DNA of 32,000 nucleotides from Sedimentisphaera cyanobacteriorum (GTDB lineage: Bacteria; Planctomycetota; Phycisphaerae; Sedimentisphaerales; Sedimentisphaeraceae), in assembly GCF_001997385.1 (NCBI RefSeq), contig NZ_CP019633.1, positions 1 through 32,000 on the forward strand, read 5' to 3'. Position 1 is the first letter of the stretch. The number at the start of each line of letters is the position of its first letter. Both the position numbers and the translations under genes were made by a program. Shown here in pieces: positions 1 through 11,885 of the stretch. A model generated the notes under the pieces. That model worked only from the letters and a program-made list of their open reading frames with translations, was not told the origin of the DNA and made no database searches.

Positions 1-1407
1 TTGACTAAACTAAAGGACAGCCCCGAATCCAAAGCAAAGGAGTATTTGCTCGAAAAGATTGGACGGGAAAAATACGAAATGTGGTTTTCACAGCTCGATT
101 TGTCCTTTAAGAAAGACAAGCTTCAGGTATTGGTCCCTAATTCCTTTATGGAAGGTATGTTGAGGAGGAACTATCTTGCTATCTTAGAGGAAGCTGGCAG
201 CAGCGTATCGGGCAGTGAAGTTGGTATTTCTTTTGTGGTGAGCAGAGAGCCCAGTCAGCAGGGCTCAGAAAGGCGTTTGAAGCCTGCAAATGCAAAAAAA
301 CCGCTCAAATATCCCAAAGCACGGCCTGTTGTGGTGGAAGATTCTCCCGCTGGAACAGGCAGATACAATCTCGATGATTTCATTGTAGGCAGGAAAAATA
401 AAATAGCCCACAGGGCTGCAAGGGCGTGCGCGGGTTCCGGCAGCGATCTGTACAATCCGCTGTTTTTCTTCGGGAGCTACGGTCTGGGAAAAACCCACCT
501 GCTGAAGGCTATAGTGAACGAGACAACGCGAAACAATCCGTCCCTGAAGTGCAAGTATATATCAGCAGAGGATTTTACAAACCAGTTCGTAAACAGCACC
601 CTCCGTAAAGATATGAACAGCTTTCGCAAGCGGTTCAGAGGAGTGGATGTTTTGGCGATTGATGATGTGCATTTCCTTGCGAGCAAGAAAGGTACGCAGG
701 AAGAATTTCTCAATACGTTCAACTCCATAGACCATGCAGACAAGAAGATAATTCTCGCCTCCGATTCTCATCCGACGATGATTGAGCAGTTTACTGAGAG
801 CCTTGTGAGCAGGTTTGTCTCGGGCATGGTAGTAAAAATGGAGATGCCTGAATTTGAAACGAGGAAGAAGATCGTAGAAACGAAGGCGGCCAAAATGGGG
901 CTCAAAATATCGCAGGAAGTGATTGAATACGTAGCCCATAACGTTACAGTGAGCGTTCGCGAGCTTGAGGGGGCGGTGAAAAAGCTCTCTGCCCAGCAGC
1001 TGCTTCTGGAGAAGAAGATAACCCTCGGCTCAGCTCAGTATCTGATTTCAGATATGGTAAGCAGGGCGAGATCCGGGCCGGATGCAGAAGGCATAATCGA
1101 AACTACAGCCTCGTTTTTCAACGTATCTTCAAGCCAGCTCCGCTCGAAGGCAAAGGCCAAAACTGTGAGCCTTGCCCGTTCAGTTGCAATGTATCTTCTC
1201 CGCGAACACTCCGATATGTCCTATCCCGAAATAGGCGGGTGTTTCGGCGGCAAGAATCACAGCACTGTAATACAGGCCTGCAGGAAGGTTCAGTCCCTGA
1301 TTGAATCCAATGCAACTGTTGACTGGAAGCACAGAGGATTAAAGAGAAGCGAGAAGATCGGCTCTGTGTTGAAGCAGGTGTCAGATTCGTTAAATCTTCA
1401 GAGTTAA
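1..1407 (+). CDS. dnaA: Chromosomal replication initiator protein DnaA
   Basis: 468-aa ORF. AAA+ Walker A GSYGLGKTHLL and Walker B VLAIDDVHFL are present. The C-terminal DNA-binding domain is recognisable (SLARSVAMYLLRE...GGKNHSTVIQACRKV). The N-terminus (YEMWFSQL) aligns with the usual DnaA domain I. The start is TTG at base 1, so the upstream region is not visible. Confidence 0.95.
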   Translation: MTKLKDSPESKAKEYLLEKIGREKYEMWFSQLDLSFKKDKLQVLVPNSFMEGMLRRNYLAILEEAGSSVSGSEVGISFVVSREPSQQGSERRLKPANAKKPLKYPKARPVVVEDSPAGTGRYNLDDFIVGRKNKIAHRAARACAGSGSDLYNPLFFFGSYGLGKTHLLKAIVNETTRNNPSLKCKYISAEDFTNQFVNSTLRKDMNSFRKRFRGVDVLAIDDVHFLASKKGTQEEFLNTFNSIDHADKKIILASDSHPTMIEQFTESLVSRFVSGMVVKMEMPEFETRKKIVETKAAKMGLKISQEVIEYVAHNVTVSVRELEGAVKKLSAQQLLLEKKITLGSAQYLISDMVSRARSGPDAEGIIETTASFFNVSSSQLRSKAKAKTVSLARSVAMYLLREHSDMSYPEIGGCFGGKNHSTVIQACRKVQSLIESNATVDWKHRGLKRSEKIGSVLKQVSDSLNLQS

Positions 1408-1413
1408 TCAGCA

Positions 1414-2145
1414 TTGGACGATATGAGCAATACGAAAAGTTTTGAAGTAGAGGGCGGGTATTCACTCGAAGACCTGCTCGAGATGTTCGAGGGCAGCAGG
1501 GTTGATCTGTCCAGATTCGCAGACTACCCCAAATTTGCCCTCGAATATTTCCACGATAAAAGCGAAATTGCAGACCCGAACCTGCATATGACCCTCCAGC
1601 TTGATATTACATCTGTTCGCGAGAAATATGACCGGGATTTTGCAGGCATAAATTCAACTTTTACCTCATTCCTCGTTCATAAGCTGCTTCTTGCCGCATC
1701 CGGAATCGAGTTTCTCAGATACAGGTTCATCGAAGGCAGCTGGTACTGCTTTGATAATCTACCGCTCTTCTTTCCAGTGGCTGTGGGAGGGGATAAACGC
1801 TTTATGGAGATAATAATAGACAGCCCCGCAAGGCTGAGCTTTCCAGATTTCGCAGAGCAGTATTGCAGGGGGCTGGAGAGAATACGCAAAAGCCCCTCAG
1901 ACTACCGCCCCGTGCCAAATGAGATTTGGAAAAACATTTGGTTCATCGGCAATCTCAGCTATATGAGGTTTACCTCCTTCGGCGTTCATCTCAATAAGCG
2001 CGATACAGGAAGGCCTATATTCTATTTCGGCCAAAGATACCAGCAGGACGGCAGGCTTTACGTGCCTCTCTATTCCAGGTTAGACCACGCCACCGGCGAC
2101 CCTTTTATCCTCAATGAGGTGATTGAGAGCTTTTTGAGCTTGTAG
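1414..2145 (+). CDS. Chloramphenicol-acetyltransferase-fold (CatA-like / E2-type) acyltransferase family protein, substrate unknown
   Basis: 243-aa ORF that is colinear with CAT-family proteins. The catalytic-His region LDHATGDPFILNEVIESF resembles CAT HHAVCDGFH, with the His and Asp retained. The start is TTG at 1414, 6 nt after the dnaA stop. An alternative ATG lies at 1423, and there is no clear SD for either. Confidence 0.6.
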   Translation: MDDMSNTKSFEVEGGYSLEDLLEMFEGSRVDLSRFADYPKFALEYFHDKSEIADPNLHMTLQLDITSVREKYDRDFAGINSTFTSFLVHKLLLAASGIEFLRYRFIEGSWYCFDNLPLFFPVAVGGDKRFMEIIIDSPARLSFPDFAEQYCRGLERIRKSPSDYRPVPNEIWKNIWFIGNLSYMRFTSFGVHLNKRDTGRPIFYFGQRYQQDGRLYVPLYSRLDHATGDPFILNEVIESFLSL

Positions 2146-2315
2146 GGCAGGGGCGGGTCAGTTTTGGTCTGAATTTTCAGCGCAATTCAAATCAAGGATT
2201 TTTGGGGCGGGCGAATTTTTTGAACCACAAAGGGCGCGAAGAGTACAAAGAAATTTTGTAAATTGTTTTATATCAAAGCTTTACATTCACAAAAATCTGT
2301 GCCGTCAGTGCAATC

Positions 2316-2324
2316 TGTGGATAA
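2316..2324. promoter_or_regulatory. Perfect 9-mer DnaA box (TGTGGATAA on +, TTATCCACA on -)
   Basis: Exact match to the E. coli-type DnaA box consensus. It lies in the 291-bp non-coding spacer 2146-2436 next to an AT-rich tract (about 2250-2300). Function is not demonstrated, and only one perfect box is present. Confidence 0.4.
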
Positions 2325-2436
2325 AAAACTTCAATAAGGCATAAATTTGTGTCATCTTTTTCCCGCTAAGTCTTTCAATTCAATTTTAATCATATCCCCT
2401 TAGCAGTAAAATAAAGCTCAAAATTAGTGAAATCCT

Positions 2437-4812
2437 TTAATCAGAGCCGTTTGCATTTTGTTTTACTAAGCGGCACTTGCCGAAGACGCCTCCTGCGGTG
2501 CTGCCCGGTTTTGCCTGAAAGCGAACAGTAACTTTCGATTTGCCCTCAGTTAAAGATTCGGGGATTGGGTATGCGGCACTGAAAAACTCGGCAGGGCGGT
2601 TGTTCTTTAAAACCTGTTCCGCGATTTTCTTTCCATTGATGAGAATATCGAATCTTCTATTGCCCGCGTCTGAGCCCCAGTACGTGCATATAAGCTCCAG
2701 CGGCTTGTCGGGCGAAGCGTCCATTTCAAATTCGAACCAGCCGCCGTCGTAGGCATCCCGCCATTTTCTCCCGCTGAATTCGCCAGTTCTGGATTTGCTG
2801 CTCGTGAGGTTATGATCCCGTTCCGGCTGCATTTCCCCGATTCTCAGCACATCAACTGTTCTCTGCTCCAATTGGCGAAGCTCTTTCTGCTTCTTGAGGT
2901 ATTCACCTTTCTTCTTCTGCCACTGCTCCGGCGAGAATGCGTCTATATACGCCGAATACTTTTCATCTGCAATCTCGAAGAACGGAACGAGCATTATATC
3001 TACGGTTTTTTCGGCTTCTTTTGTCATTGTTTTTGCTGCCTCGGGAATCCGGAAATGAAGCGGTTTGCCCTGTATCTGCTGAGCGGAAGAGGGCAGCTTT
3101 TCCTTATTTGCAGCAATAACAGGAAGCGGCTTGTCCGGAGAAAGGTCAGCACAAAGCACAACCGGCCCGTGCACAAAAGCAATGCGATTGGCGTTATCCG
3201 GCATACTTTCAATTTTGAGCTCTCTTGAAAAGCTGAGCTCAATTTTATCGTTATTCCTGAAAACCCTTTCGATCTGGATGAATCCATTATCGCTCAGATC
3301 AGGTTTTATCAGCTGAGCATTAACTTTCAAAGACAAATTCTCTGCCCAGCAAGGCTTTCTCATCAGCACCTTCAGCCGTTTCGGTTTTCTGCATTCAAAA
3401 CGCAGGCTAACTTTATCTCCATAAGGGAACTCTGTCTCCTGCCGAACAGTTATCCCCTTATCCTCCCAGCTTAATACAGAAGGGATAAACAGATTGACAT
3501 AGAGCGAGCTGTTTTTATGGAAGTAGATGCTTTCGCCGTATTTGGCGTGGTTTTCCATCCCCGTTCCCACGCAGCACCAGAACGAATTGAACGGCGTTGA
3601 GAAGTGTTTCTTTGCGGGCATTTCAAGATAGCCTTTATACTTCATCATACCGGTTTCAGGGTGCTGGCTTGCTAAAATGTGGCTGAACAGAGCTCTTTCA
3701 CAGTAATCTCCGAGCTCGGCTTCTGGATGCCATTTCATCAGATGCTTTGTCAATTTGAGCATATTGTAGGTGTTGCAGGTTTCGGTTGTATCGTCGAGGT
3801 GGTCGGAGAATTCATCCGGAGTCCCGAAGTGTTCGAAGGTGCTGTTCCCGCCGTTTACGTAGGTGTAATGATTTACAACTCTCTGCCAGAAATATTCTGC
3901 GATGGTTTTGTATTTTTTCTCACCGGTCAGCTCATAGATCCTCGCTGCACCTATCACCTTGGGAATCTGCGTGTTGGCATGCAGGCCTTTTAAACTGTAC
4001 TCTCTTTCAGCGAGAGGGTCAAGCACGTCTTTATGGCAGAATTTCTTAGCTATGGATAGATATTTTTCCTCGCCGGTAATGGCGTATAAATTTGCCAAAA
4101 CCTCATTCATTCCCCCGTATTCGCAGTGGAGCATTTTCTGCCATAGCTGCGGCGTTAGATCTTTAGTAACTTCAATCGCCCAGTCTGCAAACTTAACAAG
4201 CACCTCTTTGGCCTTCTTGTTGTCTGTCAAACTGTAAGTATCCAGCAGACCGGCCATAACCTTGTGATTTGTGTACCAAGGCACCTTCACCCCGTTTAGA
4301 TAGAAGCCTGAAGAACGAATTATTCCTTTTGCAACTTCCTCAAATCCCCTTTTGCCTTCAGGAATAGCTGCCACATACCCGCTGCCGATTTCCTTTTGGC
4401 AAAGGGCAAGCTCATCAATGATATAATCGAGCCTATCCTTGTATCTTTCATCATCGCAGGTGGCATACATCATAGCGCAGGCCGAAAGGTAATGCCCGAG
4501 GCTGTGCCCTGCGCCTCTACTAGATTCACTGCCTCCGTAAACCTCTGCCTTTGGCTCAAGGCCGGCTTCCTTCCTGAACCAAGCGAGCAGGCGGTCCGGC
4601 TCTAATCTCAAAAGATACTCCCCGTCCCGCTGCATAGCCGCCTTGAACGGACTCTCAAGCAGACGCACATCACTCAATCTGAATTCTTCCGCCTTGAAAT
4701 CTAATTTCTGCAATTCAGAATTGCCGGCTTGAGCAGACGCAAAAATCCCTGCGAGAAATGAAACTATAAGAAATAAACTGAAGGTCCTGAAGAAAGTGTA
4801 TTCTTTCTGCAT
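2437..4812 (-). CDS. Glycoside hydrolase family 127 (DUF1680, beta-L-arabinofuranosidase-like), secreted
   Basis: 791 aa with an N-terminal signal peptide (FLIVSFLAGIFASAQA). GH127-type motifs are present: GHSLGHYLSA, EYGGMNEVLANLY, ETCNTYNMLKL and FWCCVGTGMENHAKYG (the Cys-rich Zn/catalytic region). The C-terminal beta-sandwich is typical of long GH127 proteins (WRDAYDGGWFEFEM...RRFDILINGK). The ATG is preceded by the SD-like sequence AGAGGA. Confidence 0.85.
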   Translation of the reverse strand: MQKEYTFFRTFSLFLIVSFLAGIFASAQAGNSELQKLDFKAEEFRLSDVRLLESPFKAAMQRDGEYLLRLEPDRLLAWFRKEAGLEPKAEVYGGSESSRGAGHSLGHYLSACAMMYATCDDERYKDRLDYIIDELALCQKEIGSGYVAAIPEGKRGFEEVAKGIIRSSGFYLNGVKVPWYTNHKVMAGLLDTYSLTDNKKAKEVLVKFADWAIEVTKDLTPQLWQKMLHCEYGGMNEVLANLYAITGEEKYLSIAKKFCHKDVLDPLAEREYSLKGLHANTQIPKVIGAARIYELTGEKKYKTIAEYFWQRVVNHYTYVNGGNSTFEHFGTPDEFSDHLDDTTETCNTYNMLKLTKHLMKWHPEAELGDYCERALFSHILASQHPETGMMKYKGYLEMPAKKHFSTPFNSFWCCVGTGMENHAKYGESIYFHKNSSLYVNLFIPSVLSWEDKGITVRQETEFPYGDKVSLRFECRKPKRLKVLMRKPCWAENLSLKVNAQLIKPDLSDNGFIQIERVFRNNDKIELSFSRELKIESMPDNANRIAFVHGPVVLCADLSPDKPLPVIAANKEKLPSSAQQIQGKPLHFRIPEAAKTMTKEAEKTVDIMLVPFFEIADEKYSAYIDAFSPEQWQKKKGEYLKKQKELRQLEQRTVDVLRIGEMQPERDHNLTSSKSRTGEFSGRKWRDAYDGGWFEFEMDASPDKPLELICTYWGSDAGNRRFDILINGKKIAEQVLKNNRPAEFFSAAYPIPESLTEGKSKVTVRFQAKPGSTAGGVFGKCRLVKQNANGSD

Positions 4813-4872
4813 AGTTATGTCCTCTAATACACCCTTAGAGATGAAAACAATGTTTTTGATTAGGATAACAAA

Positions 4873-5895
4873 TTATGCGAGGCTGTTTTTATATCCGTCC
4901 TGATTTTTTGCTTTGTTAATAAATGCGAGCATATTTTCAAGGGATGTATCTCCTTCAACCGAGTGAGACGGGGAAAAGATATAACTGCCTTTCGCACCAA
5001 CCTTCAAGAGCCTCTCAGACTCCAATTTTACATCTTCTGCTGTCCCGTATGGGAGGGTTTCCTGCATTGAGAGCCCGCCGAAGAAGGTTATTCTGCCTCT
5101 GTATTTTTCCAGCAGTTCAAATATATCCATAACTTCCGGCTGGAATGGATTAAAGCAGTTTACCCCGGCATCAATCAAATCATCGAAAAGCTCGTCAACA
5201 TCACCGCAGGAATGTATGAAAACGTATTTGCCTCTGTCTCTTACTGCCGAATACATTCTTTTGAGCTGCGGGAAGATAAATTCTCTCCAGCATTTCGGAC
5301 CCATCTGCAGGCCGAGCTGCTGCCCCCAGTCGTCGCCGAAATAGACGGCGTCTATATCATACTCAGCAGCTTTTTCAAGCTGTGCAATGTTGTAGTCGGC
5401 TATTTTAATGAACAGCTCGTGTACGAAATCCGGATGGTCAAAAAAATCCATCATCAGGTTTTCCATGCCTCTCATTGTCCAGGCACGTTCGTAGAGCGAA
5501 AAACCAATTTCAAAAAGCCGGAAGCTATCTGAATATCTTGAAATCAAATCTTCGATATTCTCAAAAAAACGCGGGTCTAATGGATCGGGGAATTTGTATC
5601 CTGAAAGGCTCGGTTCTTCTAACACCTTACCGCAAACTACGCCGATATCTTTATCAACCGTGCGGTCCCATTTTACTCCGAAAACGTCCTGATAGATCCC
5701 GCTGCCCAGATCTTTGAAAAAGCCAATATCGCTTCCCAGCCTGACGATGTGATTGTCAACGGCTTTGTCTATATCTTCTGTGCCGAAGTGTTCAATGAGC
5801 AGATCATTTGCTTCTTGTGTAAACTTGTAAGACCAAGGTACATACGGAGGAGTCTTGCCGTTGAGAACCGTTTTTACTACATCTCTTTTATTCAT
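4873..5895 (-). CDS. Uroporphyrinogen decarboxylase (URO-D) family protein, MT2/MtaA-like; cytoplasmic
   Basis: 340 aa with URO-D/MT2-like TIM-barrel colinearity (YVPWSYKF..., [17 protein letters not shown]..., IFSPSHSV). It has no signal peptide. The HxCG motif (IHSCG) resembles the Zn site of corrinoid-dependent MT2 methyltransferases rather than true HemE. An SD-like GGAGA lies 4 nt upstream of the ATG. Confidence 0.75.
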   Translation of the reverse strand: MNKRDVVKTVLNGKTPPYVPWSYKFTQEANDLLIEHFGTEDIDKAVDNHIVRLGSDIGFFKDLGSGIYQDVFGVKWDRTVDKDIGVVCGKVLEEPSLSGYKFPDPLDPRFFENIEDLISRYSDSFRLFEIGFSLYERAWTMRGMENLMMDFFDHPDFVHELFIKIADYNIAQLEKAAEYDIDAVYFGDDWGQQLGLQMGPKCWREFIFPQLKRMYSAVRDRGKYVFIHSCGDVDELFDDLIDAGVNCFNPFQPEVMDIFELLEKYRGRITFFGGLSMQETLPYGTAEDVKLESERLLKVGAKGSYIFSPSHSVEGDTSLENMLAFINKAKNQDGYKNSLA

Positions 5896-5976
5896 CGCTT
5901 CTCCGAAATATTATTCAATTATTAACCTGCGGGCCTGCAAATAACGTTTAAGTGTTAAAAGTGTAGAAAGCCCGTA

Positions 5977-6426
5977 TCAGCCGTTCAGATTTTCCCTTGC
6001 CTTTGCCACGAGTCTGTCGCAGAGTTCGTTGTATTTATCGCCGCTGTGTCCTCGAACCCAGTTCCACTGAACATCGTGTACGTCTGTAAGCTCGAGAAGT
6101 TTAAGCCAGAGATCTTTGTTCTTCACAGGCTTCTTGCCGGCGGTTTTCCAGCCTTTTTCCTGCCATTTCTCGAGCCAGCCGTTTACGAATGCCTTCTGCA
6201 GATACTGCGAGTCGGTGTGAAAATGCACTTTGCACGGGCGTCTGAGGGCTTCCAGAGCCCTAATAGCAGCGGTAAGCTCCATACGGTTGTTTGTAGTATC
6301 CTTTTCTCCGCCGCAGAGCTCTTTGGTTTTGTCTGGATGTTTGGGAGAAATGAGCACAGCTCCCCAGCCCCCCGGACCGGGATTGGGGCTGCATCCCCCA
6401 TCGCTGTATATTACCACTTCGTCCAT
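5977..6426 (-). CDS. rnhA: Ribonuclease HI
   Basis: 149 aa with canonical RNase H1 motifs: IYSDGGC...GPGGWGAVL, TNNRMELTAAIRALEAL, HTDSQYL, W..NGW, and VRGHSGDKYNELCDRLA (DEDD residues present). The ATG lies 1 nt after the murA stop. Confidence 0.93.
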   Translation of the reverse strand: MDEVVIYSDGGCSPNPGPGGWGAVLISPKHPDKTKELCGGEKDTTNNRMELTAAIRALEALRRPCKVHFHTDSQYLQKAFVNGWLEKWQEKGWKTAGKKPVKNKDLWLKLLELTDVHDVQWNWVRGHSGDKYNELCDRLVAKARENLNG

Positions 6427-6427
6427 C

Positions 6428-7696
6428 TTAAGCGCTTTCTCTCACTATCTCCGCACCAACTTTATTAAGCTTCTCTTCGATTTTCTCATAACCCCTGTCG
6501 ATATGGTAAACGCGGTTGATTGTGGTTTCGCCTTCCGCAGCCAGCCCGGCCAGAACAAGCGCAGCGCTCGCCCTGAGGTCTGAGGCCATAATCGGTGCGG
6601 ATGTCAGCCCGGGCACTCCGTTTACTATAGTACATTGCCCTTCTTTTCGGAGCAGTGCCCCCATTCTTGTCATCTCAGGGACATGCATAAATCTGTCCGG
6701 GAAAATCTTCTCTGTAACCACGCTGTTGCCGTGAGCGACTGAAAGCATTGCCATAAACTGCGCCTGCAGGTCTGTGGGGAAGCCCGGGTAAGGCTGAGTT
6801 GTAATATCAACAGGCTTAATTACCTTTCCTGAGCTTATGAGGCATCCGCTTTCGGTTTTCTTAATCCTCATTCCCATTTTTTCAAGAGCATCGCTTACTG
6901 CTCCGAGATGGTCGAGCCGGCAGTTATCTATCTCGAGGTCTCCGCCTGTAATCCCCGCTGCTACCATATATGTACCCGCCTCTATCCTGTCCGGAATAAC
7001 GCGGTAGTTTGTTGGTCGAAGCTCGGGAACTCCCTCTATCCGCATCTCCGGCGAGCCAGCGTTGTATATCTTTGCCCCCATAGTTTTGAGAAAGTTTGCA
7101 AGATCTACCACCTCCGGCTCGCAGGCTGCGCATTCGATTGTCGTTTCGCCTTCTGCAAGTGCTGCAGCCATCATAACGTTCGCTGTTGCAAGAACGCTCG
7201 AACCGAATGGCCCTCCGAGAAATATCTTTTTGCCCTTGAGGCCTTTGGGTGCTTTTGCGATGATGTATCCTTTGGATATGCGAATATCCGCGCCAAGCTC
7301 TCTCAGTCCTCTGATGTGCAGATCAACAGGCCTTGTCCCGATAGAGCAGCCCCCGGGCATTGAAACCTCAGCATGCCCGCAGCGGGCAAGAAGCGGCCCG
7401 AGAACGCAGATGCTCGCCCTCATCTTGCGCACTATCTCGTAGTCGCCGTAGGGTTTGCTGATGTCGGAGGCATCTATGCTTAGGGTATGCGTTTCTTTTC
7501 GCCTGCATTCAGCTCCAATCTCGCCAAGGAGCTTCTGCATAAACAAAACATCCGAAAGCACAGGTACATCTTTGATAGTTGTAATTCCAGAAGCCAGAAG
7601 TGATCCTGCCATTAGAGGAAGGGCTGAGTTTTTTGATCCGCTTACGCGAATTTTTCCCGATAGAGAGGTTCCGCCGTGAACCTTAAAAACATCCAT
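6428..7696 (-). CDS. murA: UDP-N-acetylglucosamine 1-carboxyvinyltransferase
   Basis: 422 aa. The N-terminus is typical (LSGKIRVSGSKNSALPLMAGSLLA) and the catalytic-loop Cys is present in MPGGCSIGTRPVDLHIRGL. The tail matches the EPSP-synthase-fold family (HIDRGYEKIEEKL). An SD-like AAAGGA lies upstream of the ATG. Confidence 0.95.
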   Translation of the reverse strand: MDVFKVHGGTSLSGKIRVSGSKNSALPLMAGSLLASGITTIKDVPVLSDVLFMQKLLGEIGAECRRKETHTLSIDASDISKPYGDYEIVRKMRASICVLGPLLARCGHAEVSMPGGCSIGTRPVDLHIRGLRELGADIRISKGYIIAKAPKGLKGKKIFLGGPFGSSVLATANVMMAAALAEGETTIECAACEPEVVDLANFLKTMGAKIYNAGSPEMRIEGVPELRPTNYRVIPDRIEAGTYMVAAGITGGDLEIDNCRLDHLGAVSDALEKMGMRIKKTESGCLISSGKVIKPVDITTQPYPGFPTDLQAQFMAMLSVAHGNSVVTEKIFPDRFMHVPEMTRMGALLRKEGQCTIVNGVPGLTSAPIMASDLRASAALVLAGLAAEGETTINRVYHIDRGYEKIEEKLNKVGAEIVRESA

Positions 7697-7840
7697 TATA
7701 CAAATCCTTTCGTATAAAGATTAAATCAATTAGATTTATTTTACAAAACTTTACCCGCCTGTTCAAACCTATTTTTGTGTTTTTAACAAAGTTTTCTGGA
7801 AATATATTACAAATTATTGTGAAAGCTCAGTCTGCGCATC

Positions 7841-7871
7841 AAAAAGGACGCCTTATGATTAAAGCGTCCTT
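7841..7871 (-). terminator. Rho-independent terminator downstream of the GH2 gene
   Basis: On the minus strand the element reads AAGGACGC / 12-nt loop / GCGTCCTT followed by TTT. It starts 28 nt after the GH2 stop codon. Confidence 0.6.
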
Positions 7872-7898
7872 AATGAAATCTAATATTTCAGCCCGCTG

Positions 7899-11078
<3,180 letters not shown>

Positions 11079-11198
11079 TTAATTTATGCAGCTAAAAATT
11101 TTAAGTATATATCCCTTGCGGTCAATTTTTTTGCTCTTTTCTAAAATTAAAATGCAGAGCTTTAACTTATGTCTCGGTTTAAAAATTGAATTTAAACC

Positions 11199-11229
11199 AA
11201 AAAAAGCCCCAATCGGCAGGATTGAGGCT
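11199..11229 (-). terminator. Rho-independent terminator downstream of the PEP-CTERM gene
   Basis: On the minus strand the element reads AGCCTCAATC / CTGCC / GATTGGGGCT, a 10-bp stem with one G-U pair. It is followed by a run of 7 T and lies 30 nt after the stop codon. Confidence 0.75.
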
Positions 11230-11258
11230 TTAATGAGTCATTTACTTCTATCAGTCAA

Positions 11259-11885
11259 TTAGCTTTTGCGTTTTCTTAAAAATAGTCCGCAAGCTCCTAA
11301 TAATGCCATAGTGGTAGGTTCAGGTACACAATATGAACTGGTAGTGTCATAGTTTTCAGGCTCAGAGCCTTCTTCTACAGTTGCACCTGCGAGACAGAAC
11401 ATATCTCCATCAAAAAATTCTTTATCGATTCTGTATTCGATAGTATAAGAACCGTCCCATGTTGAGTTGTTGCCTGCATCAAGACCATCTGGAGAGGTAA
11501 GAGTATGGTAGTGATTAACTGTGTTGCTCAGGCTTACAGTTCCGCCAAAATGCGCATCTGCTAAAAATTCAAACCCATCAAGACTGCTGTGGAAATAGTC
11601 GTAGTTGCTGCCAGTAAAACCTGTGCTATCGTTTTGGTCTAAGTCAATATAGATGCCGTTGTATCCAGCAAAATTATTACCGGTAAGACTCATAGCACCA
11701 ACCATGTCCATTTTGAAATAATAGTTAGAAGCATCCTCGGCCATGTATATTTTATCAATATCCTGGCCGGGCTGAAGACCTGAGTCTGCCCCATCGTCAA
11801 TTATTTCCGTGTAAGAAACTGAAAAACCGGCAGTTGAAAAACCGGCAATGGCCAACACAGCCATTAACATAATACATTTTTTCAT
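11259..11885 (-). CDS. PEP-CTERM sorting-domain secreted protein (exosortase substrate), function unknown
   Basis: 208 aa with an N-terminal signal peptide (LMAVLAIAGFSTAG). The C-terminus is a canonical PEP-CTERM unit: VPEPTTMALLGACGLFLRKRKS (PEP motif, TM helix, basic tail). An SD-like AAGGGA lies upstream of the ATG. Confidence 0.8.
   Translation of the reverse strand: MKKCIMLMAVLAIAGFSTAGFSVSYTEIIDDGADSGLQPGQDIDKIYMAEDASNYYFKMDMVGAMSLTGNNFAGYNGIYIDLDQNDSTGFTGSNYDYFHSSLDGFEFLADAHFGGTVSLSNTVNHYHTLTSPDGLDAGNNSTWDGSYTIEYRIDKEFFDGDMFCLAGATVEEGSEPENYDTTSSYCVPEPTTMALLGACGLFLRKRKS

Noticed and set aside
2146-2436. Degenerate DnaA-box-like sequences (TGAACCACA at 2221-2229, ACATTCACA near 2283-2291) that would make a box cluster.
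   Set aside because: Each has two or more mismatches at positions normally conserved in the TTWTNCACA consensus. Counting them would overstate the case, so only the single perfect box is reported.
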